Shown in pieces: positions 24,009 to 35,675 of a stretch of 49,543 bases of DNA. The notes beneath the pieces are model-generated. The model worked only from the letters and a program-made list of their open reading frames with translations. It was not told the origin of the DNA and did not search any database. Position numbers and translations under genes: made by a program. Position 1 is the stretch's first letter; each line of letters starts with the position of its first letter. The DNA comes from Paraspadella gotoi (lineage: Eukaryota; Animalia; Chaetognatha), in assembly GCA_051294375.1 (NCBI GenBank), contig CM119267.1, positions 19,071,150 to 19,120,692 of the forward strand, written 5' to 3'.

Positions 24009-24371
24009 AATGAGACCAAAACAGTTCCCTTGCGTCAAAGAACGGGAGTTCAAAAGAGAATACAAAATGTAAGCAACTAGAGAGAAAACGTAAAGGAACA
24101 ATTTAAACAATGTGGACTACTAGTATATGTTAAAAATACTGATGACGTTTGAAAAAACATACGTAATTCGTTTGGCAAATAATGAAAACTTCTTTCTTTT
24201 TTTATAAAATAATAAATTTTTTTGATTGCGTCTCGCTCGTTTTCTTTTTCCGAAACAAACTAAAGCAATCAAAGAAACAAACCCTGATCCAACAGAAAAA
24301 AAAACAATGGCCTTGAGCAAAACTTTCCCTCTGTCGTTTCGTTTTTGTCCTTTTGTTTTCTTTTTCATCTT

Positions 24372-24418
<47 letters not shown>

Positions 24419-24918
24419 TTCTTTCTCAGGTCTTATCCTCGGAGAGAGGGGCTAAAGATACACCTTACCTTGACCCTTACGAACCGATTAGGTGACCCTC
24501 ACATAACCAGTAAAAAGACTAATGATGTGTAATGATCCCTATAGTGCGAGTTGTGGCTTTTGCTTTGACTTACCGTTGCCTTTAAAAGAGCGGAGATTAT
24601 TGTCATTCACTCATAAAAAAATAATAAAAATTAAACTGAATCTTAATCAGTTAAAAATCCAATGCTTTCAAAAATACTTTTAAAAAATGCACATAACGAT
24701 GCATATAACTAGGACAGTAACTGTAACTGTAACTGGACCTATATAACTGCACTGTAGAACTATTAACTGTTACAGTGATACGTACAAAATACACAATGAC
24801 AACCGTCAAATGAACATCCATTCTTTCACCGGACCCTCACGCGATCCTCGCCCGAGGCGGTCAACCTTCACGCAACCATTCCCCCCCTCCCCCCTTTAGA
24901 CCCTAACGCCAACCCCTG

Positions 24919-24928
24919 GTCACGTGAC
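24919..24928. promoter_or_regulatory. Palindromic extended E-box GTCACGTGAC (CLEAR/USF/TFE-type site) in a GC-rich putative promoter
   Basis: Exact 10-mer palindrome; the left-arm copy at ~14328-14339 reads GTCACGTGTGAC and lies ~0.8 kb upstream of the candidate ATG at 13511. Confidence 0.4.
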
Positions 24929-26001
24929 ACTCCGCGGTCCTCCCTTACGAAACGAGTCACCGCGCAATTTTAAACCTCATTAGTGTTTTTTTCCCTTGTT
25001 TGAGGCTGAGGGGGGGAAAAAATGGTCTGGTTTGTATGGGCGGGGAGTGGTGGGGGAGGTTGGTCGAGGGAGATTTGGGGTCAGGGGGAGGATCTTGCTT
25101 AGAAGGTGGAGGATTTTTTTGACCGTTGGCAAGGATTGACGTCCATTGCAGTCCTATCCGGAAAAACCGCCATCTTCGCTGTTACTGCATTATTCATAGA
25201 ATAAAATGATAAATATTGATTGTACCAATTTCATAAGGAATATACTAGACTCTGAGAGAGTCTTGATTGAAAGCTTGCAGGGTCTTACAATGATAGTATC
25301 TTGTTAATTGAATGATTGAATAGTTTTTATGTTGGTTGTACCAATGACATGTGGCATTTGATGAAATATTATTTACGGTCTTTAAATTGGATCCACGCTG
25401 AACTTTATGAGGCACGAGACTTTATCAAGAAAAACAAATTATTCAAATTGAAAACAAAAAATTAATCCGGCCTATAATTAGTGGAAAAAAATAATTGAAT
25501 TTCGGAGCGCCGCGAGGCGGAGAACGGAACGAAAATATTGAGATTATTTAATTTTTCGAATTATTTTTTTTTTTTTCGAGAGAGATTCCGCTCCCGGCGC
25601 AACGGGATACATGCCTCAAAGGAAAAAATAAAAATTTCAGAAGGGAGCGAAAATGGTCATGTCACCGAATTCGATTTTGATAGTTTTAATGAGAGTAAAT
25701 TGTCTTGCGGGATTTGACCAGAAAGATCACTAAAATTCGTAACTCCCTCTTTCTTATTTTCGACCTCTCTTTACTTTCTAAATAAAAAACTTTTTTCTTC
25801 ATTCTCTGTGGTAATTTTCTCATATTATTGTCAATGGATTACATAATACGCGCGTTTAAAAGCTAGTCGTCTTACCTTTATCATATCCAACAAACGCAAA
25901 TGCTCATCTTTTGGTTTTTACATAGTAATATATTTTTCCTTAACATAGCCCACATATTTTCTTTTAAAAAATTTACCAAAAAAGCTTTTTAATTAGGTCA
26001 C

Positions 26002-26800
26002 CTCGTTTACCCCAGGTTTATCACAACTGAAATATCAAGGGTTTCATTAGTCAAGAAAGGTTTCCCTGATCCTCAGTTAATGCGATAATGGCGATTCTTA
26101 AAAATTAAGAAGAGAAACGATTTTTCCCAATGAGGTACTAAATTTATGAAATTGGATACACATTATATAAGAAATTAACTACGTTTCCTGAAATTGAATT
26201 TTTTTCTTGCAGTTCTCGTTTATCAGGTTTATCATATTTAAAAATTGACCAATAGTTTTATAGTTAGTATTAGGTTTTGGCTATTACGCGACTGTACGCG
26301 ATTTTTAGTCGTTTTTGAGTTTTAAGATAAGAAATTACTCACCAGTTGATAAGTCAATCATTCGAAATAACAAAGAAAGAACTAGGTTTTTAAGATTTTT
26401 TCAAATTGATGACTTTCTGGTATTCGTTTTACCAAGGTTATCCTAACTTAGTAACATGTCAGGTTGAACAGGTCGCTTCAGGTTCCAGTAATATCAGGTT
26501 AATCGCGGATTTTAGCGATTTTGGAGTTTTAGGGAGAAACACAAGCTGTGCCAATGAACTTTCAAACCTAAGAAATAACAAAGAAAGAATAGGGTTTTCT
26601 ATGTTTTTTCCAACTTTGACTTTGATAAGTTCGTTCGCTGGTTTCTTTTAAAACAAGGAAACGGTATTTAGGTTCATCAGCTTCCCCAGATTACAGTGAT
26701 GTTAGGGTTAAATCAATTTTTGAATTTTTTTAGTTTCAATTGATAAACGAGCCCAACCAGTAGACCTCATCATACATGCCGAGATTACAAGTTTGAAAAT
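26002..26800. repeat. Highly degenerate ~208-bp tandem repeat, ~4 copies
   Basis: TCGTTT..AGGTT(T)ATC at ~26003, 26216, 26424 (weaker at 26631); GAAATAACAAAGAAAGAA at 26364 and 26572 (208 bp apart). Confidence 0.6.
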
Positions 26801-27190
26801 ATAGCTTATGAACAAGCGAAACTTTGGACTTCGCTGTAACAAACTTGTCCGTTTTTTATATTATTTATTCTTTTTTTATTTTGTAAGATTGGCGCTTTTG
26901 TTTGTCTTAATGTTGAATGTCTTGTCTTGGTCTTTTTCCTTTTTATTCATTGTTCGTCTTGTTTGTCATCATCGTTTGTCGTCGTCGTCGTTTGTTGTAT
27001 ATCGTTTGTTCGTCGTCGACGTTGTTATCGTTGTTGTCTTTCGTCGACGTGTCGAAGATTTTTCCTTTTTCATCGATGTCCGTCTATTTGTCGTTTTCTT
27101 CTTTGGCTGTTGTCTTTTTCACAACATTGCCTTAAGTTTTTTTTTAAATTTTCAATAGTCTTTGTTGAAGATGTCTTCTCGTTTGTTGTC

Positions 27191-27230
<40 letters not shown>

Positions 27231-27522
27231 AAAGATTGCTTCGCCTCTGCTCTTTTCGAGTCGATCATTTCAAATGAACCTGAACCTTTAAGGTTATTAT
27301 TTACTTGTAGGCGAACTTAATAAGAATTGTTTATTCAATCTCGTGATCGAATAGTTCGCGTCTGTCCTTTAAAGTAAAGTTTCTAAGGGTTAATTATTAA
27401 TTAATCAATCAATTAATCAATCAAACAAATTTCGGATCAAGTTAATTAATTAATTGACTAATTAATTGAATTAATTAACTTGAATTAATTAATTATTAAT
27501 TTAATTAATTATTTAATTACAG

Positions 27523-27567
27523 ATAATCGATCGTGGGCAGATTACGACATTGTTTTGCTCAAACTTC
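27523..27567 (+). CDS. Putative 45-nt exon carrying a trypsin-family (S1) catalytic-Asp motif
   Basis: Acceptor TTAATTACAG at 27513-27522; reads x-NRSWADYDIVLLKL, matching S1A 'YN..T.DYDIALLKL'; followed by GT but with a weak donor (GTTTTT). No His or Ser motif exons found. Confidence 0.35.
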
Positions 27568-28180
27568 GTTTTTTTCTCTCTCTTCTGTCTTCTTTTTCTC
27601 TCTCTCTCTGTCTTTCTCTTCTCTCTTCTGCTCCTCTCCTGACTCTCCTTTCTCTGACCTCTCTCTCTCCCTCTTTCTCACTGTCTGGTCTCTTCTTTCT
27701 CTCTTTTCTCTGTCATTTCTCTCTCTCTCTCTCTCTCTTGTCCTCTTCTCTCTCTATCTCTCTCTCACGTCGATTTTAGCGCCGGCGCTATTTTAATCAC
27801 TTTTTATCTTTAACAAAAGGTAAACCACAATACTAAGAATTAACCAGAAAAACACCAACCAAAAGTGACTTAGTCTTATTTGCATATTGTAGTTTTAAAA
27901 CATATTTCTTAAAATATATTTTGTAATTTATTCATAATTATGTAAAAGAGGATTAGCCTTAAAAATAAAGTTCAAGTTATATGTTTGAAGTAATAATGAA
28001 TTTTAATAATTTTTATAAACGATTGAATATCATAATTATTCAAACTAAAATAAAAGATTTTTAAAATACTTTCCCTCGAGTATAGTGTAATTATTAAATT
28101 AGAGGTTACCAAAACTGGAGTGGGCGGGAATGTAGGCTCATCGCATAAGCAGGGTATAATAAAAGGTACAGCGAAACAGG

Positions 28181-30742
28181 ACGAGATAGGCGGACCGAGG
28201 AAGGAGCAGGGCGTTTAACGCTGAAGGCCCTTTTTCAAAATATAAATTGTGACGAGATAGGCGGACCGAGGAAGGAGCAGCGGCGTTAACCTGGAGGCCT
28301 TTTTTCAAAAATATAACATTGTGTAGCGAGATAGGCGGACCGAGAAGGAGCAAGGGCGTTAACCTGCGAGGCCTTTTTCAAACAAATAACATTGTGTACG
28401 AGATAGGCGGACCCGCAGGAAGGAGAAGGGCGTTAACTGGAAGCCCTTTTTTTCAAAAATATAACATTAGTGTAACGAGATAGGACGCGACCGAGGAAGG
28501 AGCAGGGCGTTACCTGGAGGCCCTTTTTCAAAAATAATAACATTGTGTACGAGATAGGCGGACCGAGGAAGGAGCAGGCGTTACTCTGGAGGCCTTTTTC
28601 AAATATAACATTGTGTACGAGATAGGCGGACGAGGAAGGAAGGCAGGGCGTTAACTGGAGGCCCTTTTTCAAAATATAAACATTGTGTACGTAGATAGGC
28701 GGACCGATGGACGGGAGGGCAGGGCGTTCACACCTGGAGGCCGCCTTTTTCAAAATATAACATGTGTAAGAGAATAGGCGGACCGAGGAAGGAGCAGGGC
28801 GTTAACCTGGATGGAGGCCGCCTTTTCCAAAATATAAACATGTGTGTAACGAGATGGCGACCGAGGAAGGAGCAGGGCGGTTAATCGGAGGCCCTTTTTC
28901 AAAATATCACTATTGTGTAGCGAGATAGGCCGGACCGAGGAAGCGAGCAGGGCGTTAACCTGGAGGCCCTTTTTCACAAAAAAATATAACATTGGTGTAC
29001 GAGATAGGCCCGGACCGAGGAAGGAGCAGGGCGTTAACCTGGAGGCCTTTTTCAAAATATAACATTGTGTAGCGAGAATAGGCGGACGAGGAAGAGCAGG
29101 GCGTTAATCCTGGAGGCCTTTTCAAAATAATAACATTCGTGTACGAGATAGGCGACGCGAGGAAGGAGCAGGCGCCGATAACCTGGAGGCCCTTTTTCAA
29201 AATATACACATTGTGTACGAGATAGGCGGACCGAGGAAGGAGCAGGGCGTTAAACCTGGAGGCCCTTTTTCAAAATTAACATTGTGTACGGATAGGCGGA
29301 CCGAGGAAGGAGCAGCGGCGTTAACGTGGAGGCCCTTTTTTCAAAATATTAAATTTTGTACGAGATAGGGCGGACCGAGGAAGGAGCAGGGCGTTAAACC
29401 TTGGAGGCCTTTTTCAAAATAGTAACATTGGTGTACGAGATAGGCGACCGAGGAAGGAGCAGGGCGTTAACCTGAGGCCCTTTTTCAAAATATAGACATT
29501 GTGGTACGAGATAGGCGGACCGAGGAAGGAGCATAGGGCGTTAACCTGGAGGCCCTTTTTCAAAATATACATTGTGTACGAGATAGGCGGACAGAGGAAG
29601 GAGCAGGGCGTTAACCTGGAGGCCTTTTTCAAATATACATTGTGTACGAGTAGGCGGACGCGGGAAGGAGCGAGGGCGTTAACCCTGGAGCCATTTTTCA
29701 AAAATATAACATTGTGTACGAGATAGCGCGGACCGAGGAAGGAGGCAGGGCGTTAACCTGGAAGGCCCTTTTTCAAATAATAACATTGTGTACGAGATCG
29801 GCGGACCGAGGAACGGAGGCAGGGCGTTTAACCTGGAGGCCCTTTTTCAAAATATAAACATTGTGGTACACGAGATAGGCGGACCGAGGAAGAGCAGGGG
29901 CCGTTTACACTGGAAGGCCCTTTTTTCAAAATTATAACACTTGTGTACGAGATAAGGCGGACCGAGGAAGGAGCAGGGCGTTAACCTGGAGGCCGCTTTT
30001 CAAAATATAACATTGTGTACGAGATAGGCGGACGAGGAAGGAGCAGCGGCGTTAACCTGGAGGCCCTTTTTCAAAATATAAACATTGTGTACGAGATAGG
30101 CGGACCGAGGAAGGAGCAGGGCGTTAACGCTGGAAGGCCCTTTTTCAAATTATATAACATTGTGTACGGTAGATAGCGCGACCGAGAAGGAGCAGGGCGT
30201 TAACCTGGGAGGCCCTTTTTCAAAATAATAACATTGTGTACGAGATAGGGCGGACCGAGGAAACAGGAGCAGGGCGTGTAACGCCTGGAGGCCCTTTTTC
30301 AAAATAAACATTGTGTACGAGATAGGCGGACGAGGAAGGAGCAGGGCTTAACCTGGAGGCCCTTTCAAAAATATAACATTGTGTCGAGATTAGGCGAACG
30401 CAGAGAAGGAGAGGGCGTTACACAAAACTGGAGGCCCTTTTTCAAAAATATAACATTGTGTAAGATAGGGCGGACCGAGGAAGGAAGCAGGGCGTTAACC
30501 TGGAGGCCCTTTTTCAAATATATACATTGTGTAGAGAGGCGGACCGAGAGGAGCTAGGGGTTAACCTGGGAGGCCCTTTTTCAAAATATAACATTGTGTA
30601 CGGAATAGGGGACGAGGAAAGGAGCAGGAGCGGTTTAACCTGGAGGCCCTTTTTAAAATATAACTATTGTGTTACGAGTATGGCGGACGCGAGGAAGAGC
30701 AGGCGTAACGCTGGAGGCCCTTTTTCAAAATAGTACATTGTT
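28181..30742. repeat. Tandem array (minisatellite/satellite), ~71-bp unit, ~36 copies
   Basis: Consensus GGAGGCCCTTTTTCAAAATATAACATTGTGTACGAGATAGGCGGACCGAGGAAGGAGCAGGGCGTTAACCT repeated head-to-tail; differences are mostly single-base indels. Copy number estimated as length divided by unit. Confidence 0.97.
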
Positions 30743-30974
30743 GGAGCGTCGCCGCCACCTCCGGCCGCCGTCGACGCCGCCACCTCCGCCCGTCGACGCC
30801 GCCGCGGTCATAGGTCGAGACTTTCGTCATCTCGGGTCACCGACGCCTTCGACGACGACGCCGACTGAGACGACGCCGTCGCCCCGCGACGCAACGACGT
30901 AGCCAGCAGCAGCGACTCCGGGTCGCCAGCAGCGGCTTCGACGACGCCGNNNNNNNNNNNNNNNNNNNNNNNNN

Positions 30975-32517
30975 CGTTGGTCGCGGTCGCCGCCGGTTTC
31001 GACGCCGGTCTGAAAAACAGCGCCGGAAGAAAAAACTCTGGATTCGATTCGGCGCCGAAAATTGAATCTAAATCCGACGAAGTTTGCCGGATTAACCCTC
31101 GGGGGAAACGAGGAGGAGGAGGGGAGGGGAAGGGGGGAGTAAGAGGAGGAAGAGGAGGAGGAGGAAGAGGAGAGAGGAAAGTAGAAAAGGGAGTAGGAAT
31201 GGGAAGGGAAGTGGGAGGTAGAGGAGATAAGAAAGGAGGAGAAAGACGAAAAGGAGGGGAAGGGCGAGAAATAAGAGGACCAGGTGGAGGAAGAGAAGGC
31301 GGTAAAAGTAAGGAAGAAGTCGGAAAGAAAAGCGGAAAAACGAAAAACGTTTGCGGAGAAAATTCGGGAAATTGCGTCGGGAATTTCGACGCCCTCGGTT
31401 TCGACGGCGGAAAAATTCGAACGGAAAAACGGAAAACCGCGGGAACGAATCCTCTCTCGGGATTCCGGCGTGAAATCTCGGCGATTTCCGGCGAAAGCGG
31501 CCGGCCGACGACGGCGATGGCGACGGCGAACGCGCCGGAAGTGGAAGGAACATCGTGGTTTGCTGGAGGTTTCGTTCTTTCGCCCCCAGATCGCATATCG
31601 GCGCCGGAACTCGACCGGAGCGGTTCGTGTCTGACGTCTCCACAAACGGCCGCTCCGATCTCTCGCTCGAGCTCGAGACAGACCGACCGGAAGTTGGCTA
31701 GACGAGACGCGGAACGAAATCGAAATTCTGGAAAAATAGAAGGACGAAAGGATGGAGTCGTTCCCGGGGTTGAGATGGAAACGAAGGACGCCGAAAAGAA
31801 GACGAACGACGCCGAAAATGGAGGAAATGACGCCCCGATGGACGCGCGGTCTCTTCAGGCGTCGGCGTCGTCGGCGTCTTCATCGTCGGTGGAAACAAAA
31901 AGAAAAACATCGAAATCTCTGATGAAATTTTTCGTTCGTTCCAACTCGAAGAAACGGATGGAAAAGGAGCGTAAGACGCCTCAGGACGCCGCCGCAGCAT
32001 CTGACGCCGCTGCCGCTGCCGTTGCCGCGACCCCCTCTAACCCAAACGCCGTTAAATTATCGGCCATCGATTCTGAGGCGCCGCCGCCGCCGCCGCCGCA
32101 ACCGCAGCCGATGCCGCAGCCGAAAAACGAAGTAAACGACGCGGAATCGTCGCGCTCTGTCGGCGGCGATGAAAAGAATGGAAGAAACAAAGGAACAAAC
32201 GACGTAAACATTAGCGTCCGCGACGACGACGACGACGACGACGAAATCTTTCCCGGTTTCCACCATCAATCCCCGGTTTGCATCATAAAAGGCCAAGACG
32301 AAAATTACGGAATCAAGGTTCGCGACTCCAACGAAAACCGCGAAAACACGAACCTCGATCGCAGCGAAAACAACAACAACAACGACAACAGGGACAACAA
32401 CAACGAAGCCCTTTTGGCCCTCGTTTCTGCCAAACCCCCACAAAGTTGCCAAAGAGAAGTCGCCGAGGATAAAGGGGAGAAGATGGAAGGCTTGAAGACG
32501 ACGACGACGACGACGAA

Positions 32518-32558
<41 letters not shown>

Positions 32559-32792
32559 CGGAGAAGATGACTCACCTTTCGTTTCCTGAGGAAGGGGTCG
32601 TCCGTAACGACGACGACAATGACGACGACGACGGGTTCATCCTTGTCTCTCAAAAAACTGGTGGGGATGGAGGAAGAGAAGGAGGAGGAGGAGCAGGAGG
32701 AGGAGGAGGAGGAGGCTTCGGTTCCACCCCGGGGTCCGAGTTTCTGTGGCGAAGATCCTCTTCGATGAGACTCTTGCCTCAGTTTCGATCCA

Positions 32793-32826
<34 letters not shown>

Positions 32827-33069
32827 TCGCCCAAACAATAGAGGTCGACGACACGGAAGAAGACGGACAGAAGCGGAAGACGAAAAAGAAGCGAAAAAAG
32901 CGGACGAAAATGCGAAAAACGATCGGAAGAAAAGCGGATGTAAAGTCGAAACGGAGGAGGTCAGAAGCGGAAGGCGTGAGGACAGAAGCGGACGCGAAAC
33001 GAAAGGAAACAACGATAACGGACGGGGCGTGAAACAGGGACCGAGAATGAAGTCCGACGCTGAACGGAG
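30975..33069 (+). CDS. Large first/early exon of an unidentified gene; low-complexity, probably disordered N-terminal region (~700 aa)
   Basis: 2.1-kb uninterrupted frame from the gap edge; ends at a consensus donor GAG|GTAAGC (GT 33070-33071), so the TAA at 33071-33073 is probably intronic; poly-G/P/T/D/N runs; candidate start codon visible only in the inverted copy (13511). Confidence 0.7.
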
Positions 33070-33488
33070 GTAAGCAAAAGATTGGTGATTGGTCTTGACT
33101 TTTGTCTGTTGTAGTTATTAATTGTCTCTGATTGGTGTTTGTTCATCGCTGAATCACTGTCAACATCTCAATCTCGCTATCCGAAAAAATAAAAGTCGTT
33201 TCTGACGCCGATGACTGGCTTTGCTGTTCCTCCTTGTCTTCTTATTCTTAACGCGACTTCGTCTTCTTCTTTTAAAATTTCATTTTCCTTTTCCCCCCCA
33301 AAAAAATGTTTTAAATGTATTTATTCATGGAGTCGCTCGCCAAAAGGAAAAGCGATTTGAAATCGATTCCAACACCGCTGCCCACGCCTTTAGATCGATC
33401 TCGATAGAATAAAAGCATTTCGCTCCTCTCTTGCTTTGTTCTATCGAGATTCAACAAGCCAAGTCTCTTTATTCTCTTCTTGTTTTCG

Positions 33489-33527
<39 letters not shown>

Positions 33528-34068
33528 ACTCGTTTTTGGAGTGAAAACGATCTTTTATTTTTTGAAACTCCTTACGCCAAGTAATAAAAAACAATGAAAA
33601 CGCTAAAAATAAATCTGCCCACGCTCAGAGGATAGATTTCGAAAAAGAAAAAAAAAATATTTGGAATCAATTGAGTCTTTTTGTTTATCGACGTGTTTGC
33701 GTGTGTCAAAAGTTTTTTTCTATTATTTTTTTTAAAAAAACTGATTTTTAAAAAATGGATGTCGTTCATCCAACCGTTTGCATTTCTTGTTGTCAGTCCA
33801 ATGACCGTCAGTCTGCACGCCCGATGATAACAATAAATGAGAATACAAATGTTGAATACAAACATAAAAAACCAGGAAAATGAATGTATTGAAAAAAGTA
33901 ATAAAATGTATTTAAAGATTTGTTTTTCCTCTTTTTAATTCGTCAAATCCGCAAATCACGTGATTTTGAGTCTGTGACATCAAATTTCTATTTTTTTTTC
34001 ACTTTTTTAAAAAATTTTGTTATTCGTCGAACAGAAACTTTAATCACCTGACATTTTAGTATTTTTTT

Positions 34069-34118
<50 letters not shown>

Positions 34119-34964
34119 GAGAGAGAGAAGAGAGAGAGACGTAGAGATGAGAGAGAGAGAGAGGAATGAAAGATGAAGACAAGATATTATAAAAATCATA
34201 TTGATGTTTTACAACAAGTTACAACCGGAGAGGATTTTTTTGGTGCGTGAAAGAAAGAACGTTCTTGTTATTGGAATGAGTTCAAAAGAAAAAGTGAGGC
34301 CATTACGCCGTGAAAAATCTTCCTCCATCCCTCTCCCATGTTGGTGGTCCGTCGGGGCCGTCGGCGGGCGATCTGTCTCTGCCTCACGGCGTCCTNNNNN
34401 NNNNNNNNNNNNNNNNNNNNNNNNNNNNNNNNNNNNNNNNNNNNNNNNNNNNNNNNNNNNNNNNNNNNNNNNNNNNNNNNNNNNNNNNNNNNNNNNNNNN
34501 NNNNNNNNNNNNNNNNNNNNNNNNNNNNNNNNNNNNNNNNNNNNNNNNNNNNNNNNNNNNNNNNNNNNNNNNNNNNNNNNNNNNNNNNNNNNNNNNNNNN
34601 NNNNNNNNNNNNNNNNNNNNNNNNNNNNNNNNNATCCTTGCCAATATATCAGAGAAAAATTTTTCTTTTTTTGTGCGTGCCAGAATTTGAAATTACTCGA
34701 TAAGTTTTATCGTAGAAAAAAAAATAACGGAACGAGGTTTATGTGAATTTCGTACTTAATTCGGTCTCACGACCGCTTCATTACCTCACCTCGGCACGAC
34801 CGATCAACCTTACCAAACTGCGCTCCACCCCCCCATCGTCCCTCGCAAATTCCCTTCGAATTTAAATTTCGGTTTTTTCGGGGGGAGGGGGGAATTTGCC
34901 AGATTTTTTAAAAGCTTCACTTTTCAGCTTAAATTATCTTTAAAATTAATTCATATTTTAGATT

Positions 34965-35225
34965 TAAAGATCAGGTTCGGGAATTGGGTTAAGGATCAAG
35001 ACATTAGGTTAGAGATTACGTTAAAGACTTGTTCAGGGATTATACAATTTAAGAATATGGTTTTAGGTTTGAGAATTAGGGGATTTAGATTAGGTTTAAG
35101 GATTAGAGATAGCGATAAGGGTTTAGGATTAGTTTCGGGTTAAGGATTAGAGTTATGGATTATATTATAAATTTGGAAAGAGATTAGAGTTAAATATTAA
35201 ATTAAACTTAAATTTCGGGATTAAG
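34965..35225 (+). repeat. Degenerate telomere-like (TTAGG/TTAGGG-type) interstitial tract
   Basis: Recurrent TTAGG, TTAGGG, TTAAGG, TTAGAG, TTCGGG variants with strong G/T strand bias. Confidence 0.55.
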
Positions 35226-35385
35226 AAACAAAAATGAAGCGCTTTCAAAAACTAAATCAACTCAACTAAAAAAAAAAAATATTTACCCTCTTGGCCACCC
35301 AATGAAAAAAGGGCGAAAAAAAAACCTTGCGACTGATTGTGATAAAGGGAAAAAAAGTGAAAAAAGGGGAAAAACTCTCTCTTTA

Positions 35386-35460
<75 letters not shown>

Positions 35461-35617
35461 GGCTACGCCGTGTAACCGATGAGAATGTGTGGGGGTGTGA
35501 GTCTGATGTTTTCAAAATAAAAAGAATCAGAGAAAAAAAACGATTTTTTTTTTTGGGCCAAAAAACTTTTTTTTGTCTCAAATGCGACGGGAAGAGGGGA
35601 AGTTAAAAACCCGACGC

Positions 35618-35675
35618 AGTGACGTCGCGAGGAGATTTAAAAGGAGCAGAAGGACCAATCAGACGTCGGCGCGAC
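35618..35675. promoter_or_regulatory. Possible promoter motifs in a CpG-rich island (CRE-like TGACGTCG; CCAATCAG)
   Basis: TGACGTCG at ~35620 and NF-Y-type CCAATCAG at 35655; no transcript evidence. Confidence 0.2.

Larger units (their letters stand above)
22085..31615 (-). repeat. Right arm of the inverted duplication (interrupted by a 25577-30742 block absent from the left arm)
   Basis: Reverse-complement identity to the left-arm segments listed above. Confidence 0.9.

Noticed and set aside
28100-28118. TAGAGGTTACCAAAAC as a hAT-like terminal inverted repeat
   Set aside because: No partner TIR or 8-bp TSD found in the window.
28181-30742. CRISPR array or repeat-protein CDS
   Set aside because: Units are contiguous with no unique spacers, there are no cas genes and the context is eukaryotic; the ~71-bp unit is not a multiple of 3, so the ORFs cycle through frames.
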